Shown here: one piece after another, positions 1 through 9,294 of the stretch
Position numbering within the stretch: the stretch's first letter is position 1
How the letters are laid out: every line of letters begins with the position of its first letter
Assembly (NCBI GenBank): GCA_910592345.1
Contig: CAJVPI010000357.1
Coordinates: 1 to 33,571, forward strand
Length of the DNA: 33,571 nt
Direction of reading: 5' to 3'
Source: Paraglomus brasilianum
Lineage: Eukaryota
Translations under genes and position numbers: made by a program
The notes under the pieces: model-generated
What the model was told of the DNA's origin: nothing
The model's input: only the letters and a program-made list of their open reading frames with translations
Database searches by the model: none

Positions 1-265
1 AACAAGTCCATAAGTTATGAATGAGCACCATTATTACTTTTCAAAATGTCATCAGTCACACTGGTCAATTTTATAGCCACAGCTTCTCATTTATGTCACA
101 TAATCAAATGTTCACTTTGTCTGGTTTTGTTGCAGCATGCCCCATATAACTAAGACTTTATTTTGGGTTTAGCATAACTCGGTACAATTGAATGCTGATG
201 GCTTTGTTAAGCATATTTTGTTGCACCTTCCATAGAAGTGAATTTGGTAGCAATTAAAAATCGGT

Positions 266-397
266 TTTGGCAAAGGCTCTGGAATCTTGACATTTCCAAG
301 TTTAGACCATAATAATAAAGGAGCAACAGCTTTGGCAAAGGCTCTGGAATTAAATTCTTGTTTGAAAGATTTAAATTATACTCTCAATGAAGAATGA
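266..397 (+). pseudogene. Relic of an RNI-like (NLRC3-type) leucine-rich repeat gene
   Basis: 302-397 reads LDHNNKGATALAKALELNSCLKDLNYTLNEE*, matching the RI-like LRR consensus (GAxALAxALxxNxxLxxLxL). A second LAKALE-coding copy (ttggcaaaggctctggaa) sits at 267-284 in a different frame. No start codon or continuous ORF. Confidence 0.6.
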
Positions 398-398
398 G

Positions 399-583
399 TG
401 TCTATAGTAGCCATTTTGGTACAATGCAAATTTTAAAAAAATGGTGATTATAATAGACAGAGTAAATTCCTTATGTTCTATTATGAAACTGGCACTAGAG
501 AGAATGTAGGAGGTGTGACTACAGACAGTTTTCATATGGTGTGACTATAAACAAAGGGACTGACTATAGACAGTAATTCACTG
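399..583. mobile_element. pogo/Tigger-like MITE, left TIR eroded
   Basis: Right end GACTATAGACAGTAATTCACTG followed by TA (584-585); partial inverted copy TGTCTATAGT at 399-408; internal GTGACTATA-type repeats. Shares ACAATGCAA..AAAATG and TTT(C/T)ATATG(G/A)TGTG blocks with the MITE at 6487-6678. Confidence 0.6.
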
Positions 584-663
584 TATTAAGAAGTTCCAGT
601 GAAAATTTTTGAAATAACATTTCTAGATATTCTCAACAAATATTAAATTTAATATCTATGTGT

Positions 664-1301
664 CGCGCTTGCTTTCTCGCAGGCGGTTATGCGCGCCTCC
701 AGTGACAAGGGTAATGTAACACTTATTATAAAAGCCAGTGTTGGGGCTGCGACTATCTTTGTTCACGTGTCTAGACGATGATAAGCTATCGTTGCTTCTG
801 CTCTACAGTCGATTCGCTCCATGCTGTCGAATCGACAACCGCAGGAGAGCAATCGATTATCGACTCGAGCGTAGCTGTGGCGATCTACTTTTAGTTAAAC
901 AGTTAGTGACCTTTTAACTAAACTTTTCTACTCACGATCACCGTGTCGATGCGTAGACAATTAATTCGTCCTCGAGTAATCATCTGGTCTCTACCGATGG
1001 AATTAATTCGGTAGTCTACAGGTTGGGGTACATTCGTATTTTTAACCATATCAAACGCGTTTTGTAATGAACAATTACTTATCGTAAATGCCACGGGAGT
1101 AATCACGGGACAAGAAGCGATCAACTCTTATCAAACGTGTATTTTTAGAGTATATGAGCTACTTGTTTATTGATAATAGTATATGAAATAAAGAATTAGA
1201 ATCTAGCAATTTGTGTAGCGACTTGTGTGGTTGCTGACCGATCTGCGAGACAGTAGTTTACAAAGCCCAAGCGCGCCCATTGAATCCATCAAGCTTGATG
1301 G
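664..1301 (+). other. Non-coding, CpG-rich, end-paired and hairpin-rich block (LTR-like element or structured RNA)
   Basis: 664-689 is complementary to 1235-1275. Internal stems at 780-861, 890-922 and 953-1019. TATAAAAG at 728, AATAAA at 1187, TTTACA at 1257-1262, perfect 16-bp palindrome at 1286-1301. Confidence 0.45.
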
Positions 1302-1899
1302 TATTACCCTTTTTTGCTATGTATTACCAAATTTGTATTTGCAATTTCCAAATTCGATTGGCTCGGTGAGAATTTTTTTGCTGATCATTTTACAAGAGTA
1401 ATTTTCGTTAAGGAAGCGGCTCGTGCTCTTTAAACGTAAGGAGCAATTTTTTTGTGCTATTGGTATAAAAAGGTAAAGAGCACAAGTTAAAGTATGTTAA
1501 TGTATTGCAAATGATTGGGCAAAAAAAAAAACTTCATATGTAAATTTTATAAGGGGCTTGTGAAAAAAAACCAACCATCGCGAGCACGTCTCGGAACTGC
1601 TGAAAGTCTCTTATCATGTACACGTTATATCTCATCTCGGAACTGGATTATGAAATAAAACACAAGCCTGCCACAACAAAAAGTGTAGCGAATCCTCAGA
1701 CCTGCATTCCGACAGTGAAGCGTTCTCTGTCAGGTTATTTTTTCAGGTAATTAGTCTTGTCCTATTGCCTTAACTTACCATATCGCCCAACTAATTTTTT
1801 ATTTATTCAAAGATTGAGGCGTCCCAGTAATTCAGAGTTGCCTCGCTGCCGCGTCCTAGTCAGAATCGCCGCCGCCGCCGCGTCAGTCCTCCATGCGCG

Positions 1900-2490
1900 G
1901 GTACGAAAGGCATTTATGTCTTTAATAATTGAATCAAGAAGCCGTGGCAGTCATTTGGTCCGCAAACATTTTCTCAAGTATGTCAAGAAGAATCTGCGTT
2001 GCAGTATTGAGAACAAGGCGATCCAGCTGGCCCACTCAATACAGCACTGCCGGCCCCAAAGATTTACCTGCGAGCAAACGTGCATTGACTGAACTCGCAG
2101 AATGGTATGGGCTGCAGTGACTGAGCTCGCAGAATGGTATGGGCTGGATAGGCTACAACCAGAAGAAGTTTTGGAACGTCATACAAAGAAATGAATCCTA
2201 CTCGGCTGAAACTGTCGATACTACAGAACCGTGTCAAGCAATTATTCAGGACTACATCAGATTGTGTCGGAGAATGTCATTGTTAGAGATAATAGATAGA
2301 TTGAATGGACAATTTGTCGCGATGAAGAGAAGTTATTAGGAAGTTGGTAATGAAATGTAACTATTATGCAGAATGTGATCAATGCGCAGAAATTCGCGTT
2401 ATAGTAAAGGATTAACAATAAACCTTCAAGTTTTGATTATCACATTGTGGAGCTGTGGCTTCTACCTGCAAACCTCGTATCGGTAGACAC
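1900..2490 (+). mobile_element. Degenerate Mutator-like (MULE) transposase relic with SWIM-like finger
   Basis: Fragments in shifting frames: VRKHFLKYVKKNLR (CxxH..N-like region), DTTEPCQAII..IRLCRRMSLLEIIDRL (TxNxxExxN-like region) and WSCGFYLQT..RH at 2448-2490 (SWIM CxC..CxH decayed). Order matches MULE transposases; multiple stops and frameshifts. Confidence 0.45.
2081..2144 (+). repeat. 32-bp tandem duplication
   Basis: tgcattgactgaactcgcagaatggtatgggc followed by tgcagtgactgagctcgcagaatggtatgggc (2 mismatches). Confidence 0.9.
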
Positions 2491-2805
2491 TAATCTTGAC
2501 CCTCGAGTTTAATCGGCTATTGGTTGGAGTATACCTCAAACGCACGTCTCTTCTTGAGCGAATACAATCGTAATGCTACGACAAGAGGCGGATATTCCTC
2601 AATGTATAACGAATAATTTACCAGGGAACAAATAATCAATATTGTAAGGAACTACTCGTTTATTAGAACTATCAACGTGTACTATTGATAAATTGTTATA
2701 CACAATACTGCGCCTTAGATGAGCAGATCGGGCTGCAAGACACGTTTAACGCGTAATTTTAATTTTAAGATTAATATCAAACAATCATAGCACAATAGCA
2801 TTAGC

Positions 2806-5230
2806 ATGTTAGTCGACAACAGAAGCAACTCGCGCACTGCGTCAGCAACCTCCTTCATTACGTTTCTATCAGAAATAGGATATCCTAATGCATCAAGTTT
2901 ACGTCCCGAACAGCTTCTGTGGGCTTTCGAGATACCTGAAATTCAGACACTGTTTGACTGGCTGTGCAAAAACGTAGACCCTGAAGAGAATGTAGTCAAT
3001 CCAATCCGAATGAAAACGTAAAAATTAGTACTTGTTGCTTCGTGACTTGGCTATTATACGTTTGTCATTTAATAACTATTATCATAAATCAATTGCCAGC
3101 AAACAGGCAGGAATTAACGAAGAGACAGTAACGAATATGCGTAAGACTCAAGATTATCTTGCCAGTCAACAGGAAGAATTAAAGTATGTATGCGGCAATC
3201 ATTAATAAGACTCTGTTTTTTACGAGCCCCAGTTTTGACCTTTTGAAACATTCTTTGTGACTTAAAAGGCATCTTTTGAATGCTCTCGAGAGTGAACGTA
3301 ATGAATTGAAACAAATCAACGGCGAATTGGAAAGACAAAAGAGAGATAGTCATGCGTCTTTCGAGAAAACCTCTGTAAAGGTAGATACTGAGAAACCTTT
3401 TGAATTGTACGAGTTGGAATCACTCATGGTTTTTTTGTGTAGGTGGACGTTGCATTGTCTGGCTTGGTGAACGCTATTGCCAGAACTATGGTGGAAAGGA
3501 AATCGTCTAGCAAACAAGGTTTACATATAATATGCGTGCGCTTGTCAGGCTGAAGGGACCACTCTAATCACTACAGGTTATAGGCGAAGTTCAGAAGAAT
3601 TTTATGTACCAATGTACTACTGCACTAAACGAAATCTTGGAAATTGATACGCTGTACACGAGAGAATTGGAACGACTCTGTTTGAAGTTATTCCCGTCTG
3701 TATGTTATTCTCAAAGTCATGGGTTCATTGTAGCAGCAGTCACTTACTCGTTCCCTTTGTTTTGCCCTACACGAAGGACGATGCCGATAATATGAATGCT
3801 TTCGATGGACAAGGAATTTCTGAGGAGATTGAGAGACTCGCATCATTGTGAGTTGTATTCATTTTATTCGTGCCGTTATAATCAACGAAGTATATCGCTC
3901 ATGAGATTTTTGTGATCATCTATATACTTAAGGTATCCTAAAACCGAACGAAATTACATCGAGGCCGATATAGACCTGGAACGATTGTCGACTTATTTAA
4001 GAGTTCTAGATTACGAAATAACTCGAATTGATCATTATGACTTTGACAGCAACGGTCTCGCGTATGTAGTCTTTATTGTTGTGAAGAGACAGTACTGACT
4101 TGTACTTACTTTCATATTATTTGATAGATTAGTGCAAGAGAGGAACGCAAGCAAAACAGCTATGCTTAATTCGCAAATAATAGAAACACTAAATACAACC
4201 ATCGAGCCAGCCCTGGTCCGATTGGCCGAAACTGATATTCAAGCACCGGTTACGGCGGCTGACTATAATGCTAGATACAGTCAACAGCATTCCACAAACG
4301 AACAACTTGACGTGGTATTAAATCTCCTGACGACTCAATATGCTTGGAGCCAGTTCATGCTCCAATCCCTCGTTAACGAGTTTGAAAAGCAAGAAACTCT
4401 GTACCAGTATCTCCGTCAATTACATGATGATTGGCAAAAACGAAATGAAGATTTTGAACACCGAATGGTATGCTTCAATGATATACTGATGTTGGCCATC
4501 CCAAGCGGCTAATCTTAGACTTTACATTTAGTCGCTCACGGCCACGCTAGAAGCTACAGAAGGGACCGCAACACCGACGGTTGTCGAAAGCCATGACACC
4601 TTCTTGTTGTCAATGAAAACGCTGTTGATGCTTGACTTTGGTATATGTCTATAAACAATCTCGTGCTTGTTCGACACTATTTTCAAACGCTTATGTATTT
4701 ATTCTTGCTTGTAGCTTCTAAACTCACGGAAGCCAACCACGCCACTCCAATAGCACCCAAGACGCGATCGTTATTTACCTTCTATCAATATCTGAAAGAA
4801 CGCATTGAGAAATTTGGTCGTAATCGATCAAACTTCTCGGCTAGTATCACCGGAGAGCTGGAAACTCAAACAAATTTTGTTCGAGCATGGTTTGTACGAT
4901 TCCATTTTAGGCGTGTTCTCGTCCCGATGAACGGTATACTTTACATTATGTTATTTCATCGTCATCTAGCGAAGAAATTGAGCGTGACCTATCGTCATGT
5001 CTGCATAAAAACTCCAAGACATTGGAACTTCTTCTCTCTCCTATGGTTAGCTCCAATTGCTTAAATCCATGTGAATTTCATCGTCGGACGTGCTAATGAT
5101 GTTAAACAATACCTGCTATGACTAGGAACTATCCGACTTGCAACTGACATTACGGGCAATGACAAACAAGCTACAACCCAGTCTCATTCAGTTTATGCAT
5201 CACAACAATATTGCCCGGCGATCCGTATAA
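2806..5230 (+). CDS. HAUS3: HAUS augmin-like complex subunit 3, 12 exons, 534 aa
   Basis: N-terminus FITFLSEIGYPNASSLRPEQLLWAFE..LFDWLCKNVDPEENVV matches the HAUS3 N-terminal signature, followed by coiled-coil sequence. GT-AG introns 3018-3099, 3184-3268, 3381-3442, 3519-3583, 3700-3776, 3848-3932, 4062-4127, 4468-4531, 4641-4714, 4890-4969, 5046-5125 give an open 1605-nt CDS ending TAA. The first donor (GTAAAA) is weak. Confidence 0.85.
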
Positions 5231-6439
5231 ATGCGTTCTATGTACGAAAGATCGTTCTAGTAACAATAGGTAAGATTATTCTTTCGAACTTTTATTTATG
5301 CCCATGGGTTATTCACAAATGCTCTTCAACCAATCTATCCTTGATTCTTTTTGAGAACTCTCGACTTCATCAAACATTCGGGCATTGATACAAATATTCT
5401 ATCATTCTGAAAGTTCTTTTCCGTATACCCAACCCAATCATTAATTATACCTTGGGCAGTTCTAGTATAGAGTGCTTTTGCTATTACGATTCTGACACTT
5501 TCGTCATTCTAGTTGGTACGCTTTCTCCAATACGAGAATGGTGTTGAAGCTTTGGATATTTTAAAGTTAACTAACGCTCGTACAAAATTCTCTAGTACCT
5601 GTTAGTTTCTATAGGCCAGAAATAAGCATGGAAGCCTTGAATAGAAGATTCGCCTATGTATATGACTTCTTCGTACGAGTATTTTGTACTCTACAGGATA
5701 TAACCCACTTAGCGGAGTCAATACCAGACGAGCAAATTGTCTGTGTCCAAGTGATTCGGCAGCATACGTGGCAGTAAAATCAGTGAGCAGTTGATAAAAT
5801 GGAATACGCAAGACAGACTCTGCCGCTGCTTCTAAGAACGCAGTCGGTGGACTCGCCGACGAACTATAATCGTTATTCTTAAGAGTGTAATAATTCAAGA
5901 TTTTTTCGATCCATTGTTCAACTGACGAATCCCGATATACTTCCCCCTTCTATAGAAATATATGGCTGGATTAATGGGCATGTCCACAACAGATCATATA
6001 AACCCAAGACTTGCCATGCAGGTGTTAGACAATGTTGAATTGTATCTTTCTTCACATCATCATCAACAGCAATATCAGCTTTAGAGTAAAACTCGTCTAT
6101 CGGAATGAATATCCAACCCTTTGACAGAGGTAGCCCATTATGTTTAGCAGTAGACTAATTAAAAAGTGTTGCTGGTTGAAATAATTACTGCTATCTTGTG
6201 ATTGTTTACCATTAACGATCCGGTTTCTATAGAAAGGCCAGAGCTTCTGGCATTCTTGGAAATCTAAATTCAATAATTGAGTTGATTTAGCCAGGGCGTC
6301 GAACATCTGCTCTACTGTTGTTAAAGCAATCTGTTCATCTCCCGGTAGAACAACGCAAAAGCGTTCAGTGTGATCATTTGCAATATTTGCCTCTGGTAAC
6401 CCAGTGAACCCGGCGAAGGAGACGGTGCAGACACTTTTC

Positions 6440-6472
6440 TTCGTTATATCGAGGTATTCGTTATATCAGGTT
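6440..6472. mobile_element. Remnant of a Tigger/pogo-type MITE subterminal region
   Basis: Two copies of TTCGTTATATC(G)AGG, a motif typical of pogo/Tigger ends, directly beside the 6487 MITE. Confidence 0.4.
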
Positions 6473-6486
6473 TTCATATGTATATA

Positions 6487-6678
6487 CAGTATATTCTCTA
6501 TAGTCCCGCTGTCGGGAACAATGCAACTTTTATTGAAAATGTGCTTATAAAGAGGTTGTGACTATATAGAGGGTTTTTCCTATAAGTTCAATAATAATTG
6601 GTTCGGTGTGCTTATAAACATAAAGAGGTTTTTATATGATGTGCTTATAGAGGGGGTGACTATAAAGAGGGTTGACTG
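6487..6678. mobile_element. 192-bp pogo-like MITE with TA TSD
   Basis: TA|CAGTATATTCTCTATAGTC ... GACTATAAAGAGGGTTGACTG|TA, with five internal GTG(CT/AC)TATA..GAGG-type repeats resembling transposase-binding sites. Confidence 0.8.
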
Positions 6679-6952
6679 TATCTAATTATGGTAATGATAT
6701 ATAAAAAAGTTCTGTTATATCTTTATTGTAAATGTTGTAGTTCTTCTCGATTTGTCAGAATCTAACAACAGACAATCTACTCCAAGATTTTCCTGGGCAT
6801 AAACTGTATGCCAAAACGCTACCAGTTCCAACCAAAGCCTCTGAACCAGTGACAATCCGTTCCGATTGAACGTTTTTCGTCTTCTTGACCGTCGACTTTG
6901 TTGATAGTGTCAACTATTTGTTGCATTAAAGTGACATCATCAACACTATCGT

Positions 6953-7350
6953 TTAAGTCAATAGATAGATAAATATAGTAGTGTCTCTACGACTTGGGCC
7001 CCCGATGTTTCGTGTGTATTGATCCGTATACACATCGCAAAACATTCCGAAATCAAATGTTTCCGGATTGTTTTGGTTTCTCCGGCTTCCGACTTCTATC
7101 AGCGACTCTGTGATTGTTGGTGATGTTGTTGATAATGATGTCAATGTGTGTGCCGGGGGTGTTGATGATGATGTTGTTAATGTTAATAATATAGACGCGG
7201 GGCCCCCGATATTTTACGTGTATACATGTCATAAAACATGCCAAAATTAAAATTATCTGGAACGCATCCTCGTCGTTGTCTTCTTCCTCTCCTCCTCCTT
7301 CTACGACTTCCTGTTTTGTTGTTTCTGTTGCGACTTTGTAGGTTCTGACG
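6953..7350 (-). pseudogene. Orphan relic with a duplicated peptide motif
   Basis: GSRRRRRRGRRQRRGCVPDNFNFGMFYDMYTR(frameshift)NIGGP, a Ser/Thr-rich linker, then GSRRNQNNPETFDFGMFCDVYTDQYTRNIGGP. Nucleotide repeats at ~6997-7067 and ~7200-7262. Confidence 0.4.
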
Positions 7351-7723
7351 GTATATAATACATCATATAAGCCCGCCGTTCGAAGCCGTAGTAGTATAAA
7401 GAAACGATTTTCCCATTTGCAAATAGAGTATGGGTAAACGGCGAGAGTGTTTTGATTGATGTTGTCGGTAGCTTGATGTCGACGTTTCATTGGTGTGGCT
7501 TAATGGGCTTTGGAAGGTTTGCCTTGAGCCCAATTTTATTATTGAAATGTGACCAGAATGTTGTGCTGCTGACATCACATCTCTCAAGAGACACACTATT
7601 AGTATTTAAACCTCCTTGTGTTAATTTATTGTAGGGTTAGTGTATGCTTGCTGTTAAGTCGTAGTAGTATAAAGGAGCATTAATTTAGTGGTGCTCCATT
7701 TGTAAATAGGACAGCTTAATTTA

Positions 7724-7760
7724 ATGTGGTCAATCATGTGGTCAATCACGTGGTCAATCA
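7724..7760. repeat. 12-bp tandem repeat x3 (A(T/C)GTGGTCAATC), possible promoter array
   Basis: atgtggtcaatc atgtggtcaatc acgtggtcaatc; contains CAAT and CACGTG/CATGTG E-box-like words. Confidence 0.8.
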
Positions 7761-7987
7761 GATCGTCATACATTGTAAGTTGACATTAATCAAAAATCAA
7801 ACTCACCTTCCATAATATCCCCGACTTTAATTTATGCCTCTCCTAATCGCAAGAAAGATGTAATTATAACGCTATTAAGGTTTGCATTTGTCATATCCTT
7901 TAGATCGATTAAACTGAAGCTGCGAGTAACCAATTAGTACATTGACTCGACTAATTACACAAGCAAAGCATCCAGCAATCCTACTTA

Positions 7988-8878
7988 CACTGTGTAACGA
8001 AATCAAAATATTTTTCAAAAATAAATAAAAAACCGCGTTGTTGATTGTAAACGCGTCTTGTTTTTCTAATAACTACCTGTTCGGACAAACAGATTCAAAG
8101 TCAAGACAATTGTTCTACGCCCTCTTGCTGCCCGCACAACAGAACAAGCATGGTTAATACAAAGCTACATGCACAGCGCGAAAACAATATTGCATTACTG
8201 GTTGAACGGTATACGTTCAGCAAATGAAATCCACCAAAAAACAAACATTCCCCTTTGAACTGTTGAACGAAACATTAAAAAAATCGAAGAAACAGGTACA
8301 GTGGAGCATCGGCGAGGGAACGGTCGCCGTTCAAAGGTTACACAAAGAATTGCTGCCGCCATGGGACAACATATACGTAACAACATATACGCTATTTTAA
8401 CACGACAAACTTGCTGTAAAAGTGCAAAACAATCAAGGAAACATCAATATCGCATCAAACAATTTGGCGAAATTTAAGAAAAAAAGGTTATATGAGCTCC
8501 GTACGCCGATGCTCACAGATTAAGGCAATTGACTGGCCGGCAAATAGTCCCGACCTTAATCCTATTGAAAACTTGTGGCAAATAATTAAGGATAAAGTCG
8601 AACGACGAATGCCGCAAAATATTGAGCAATTGAAGCAATTTTTGGCCGAGGAATGGGAAGCAATTCCTAATAAAACTAATTAATTTAGTACGATCTATAA
8701 AAAATAGATGTGAACTAGTAATAGAAGCAAATGGTGATAGAATTCCCTACTAAAAATTTTACGGTTAATAAAATATCTTTTAAGCTTTTTAACACATCAA
8801 GTTTTATTTAAATATCTGTTGTAGTAGTTGCTCAGAAATGCGGGATTTTGTCACCGCCGTTTTTTTCGTTACACAGTG
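7988..8878 (+). mobile_element. Internally deleted Tc1/mariner transposon (891 bp)
   Basis: Perfect 15-bp TIRs CACTGTGTAACGAAA / TTTCGTTACACAGTG with TA TSDs. N-terminal HTH (ILHYWLNGIRSANEIHQKTNIPL*TVERNIKK..GNGRR) and C-terminal WPANSPDLNPIENLW are present; the first two catalytic Asp regions are missing; stops present. Confidence 0.93.
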
Positions 8879-9039
8879 TATATTGTGTGCCCAGGCATTC
8901 GAGTAATAGTAATGACTTGATTTAATTCGAATCGTTACCAACAACCAGAATGATAGCACTTTGTTTACGCGACATGGTCAATTGACGATCCATAACTCAA
9001 TTCGCCAACAAGTTCTTAACAACAAAATTTCGACATGGC

Positions 9040-9190
9040 AATGACGATAAAAGAAAACTGCAAAGTCTACAGGTTCTCGTACGGTTGCAGCTCAATAATA
9101 GCTGGAAGAGATTTTTGTTTACGAGTGAGACATCTTTCCAGTACCACCAGTCTTTAGCAAAACCAATCAGCCAGTGGAAAAAAAATAGGT
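9040..9190 (+). mobile_element. Tc1 transposase fragment (first catalytic-Asp region, decayed)
   Basis: LNNSWKRFLFTSETSFQ resembles the Tc1 WxxVxFSDETxF motif with the Asp lost. Confidence 0.45.
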
Positions 9191-9294
9191 TTCCTGATAG
9201 TTTTTTTCAACGGTCTTGCAATCATAAGGATCCAATATTTTATTTGCAGAATACCGAAATAAATATAATTACTCGTGTATCATAGAAACCTTCA

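Larger units (their letters stand above)
5309..6950 (-). pseudogene. RPAP1: 3' fragment of RNA polymerase II-associated protein 1 (RPAP1/Rba50), frameshifted and MITE-interrupted
   Basis: Ordered RPAP1 C-terminal motifs: VLPGDEQIA, GLPLSKGWIFIPIDEFY, GEVYRDSSVEQW, FYQLLTDFTATYAAESLGHRQFARLVLTPL, AYFWPIETN, ENFVRALV..PFSYW. They lie in different frames with deletions and an in-frame TAG at 5509-5511. No N-terminal part is visible; insertions at ~6385-6678. The 6680-6950 part is assigned only by continuity. Confidence 0.75.

Noticed and set aside
664..1301. Telomerase RNA, RNase P/MRP, U3, snR30 or group I intron identity for the structured block
   Set aside because: No CCCTAA-type template, no P4 consensus pair, no U3 box A. 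The snR30-like words at ~1030-1049 and group I R/S-like words on the - strand match only partly and are wrongly spaced.
5599..5676. GTACGA...CTAACAG 78-nt intron that would rescue the RPAP1 frame
   Set aside because: It would remove the conserved YFWPIETN segment, and the TAG at 5509-5511 and other frameshifts remain.
7053..7490. 145-aa ORF as a real gene
   Set aside because: Its frame turns the duplicated motif into low-complexity Ile/Asn text; the conserved peptide lies in the other frames.
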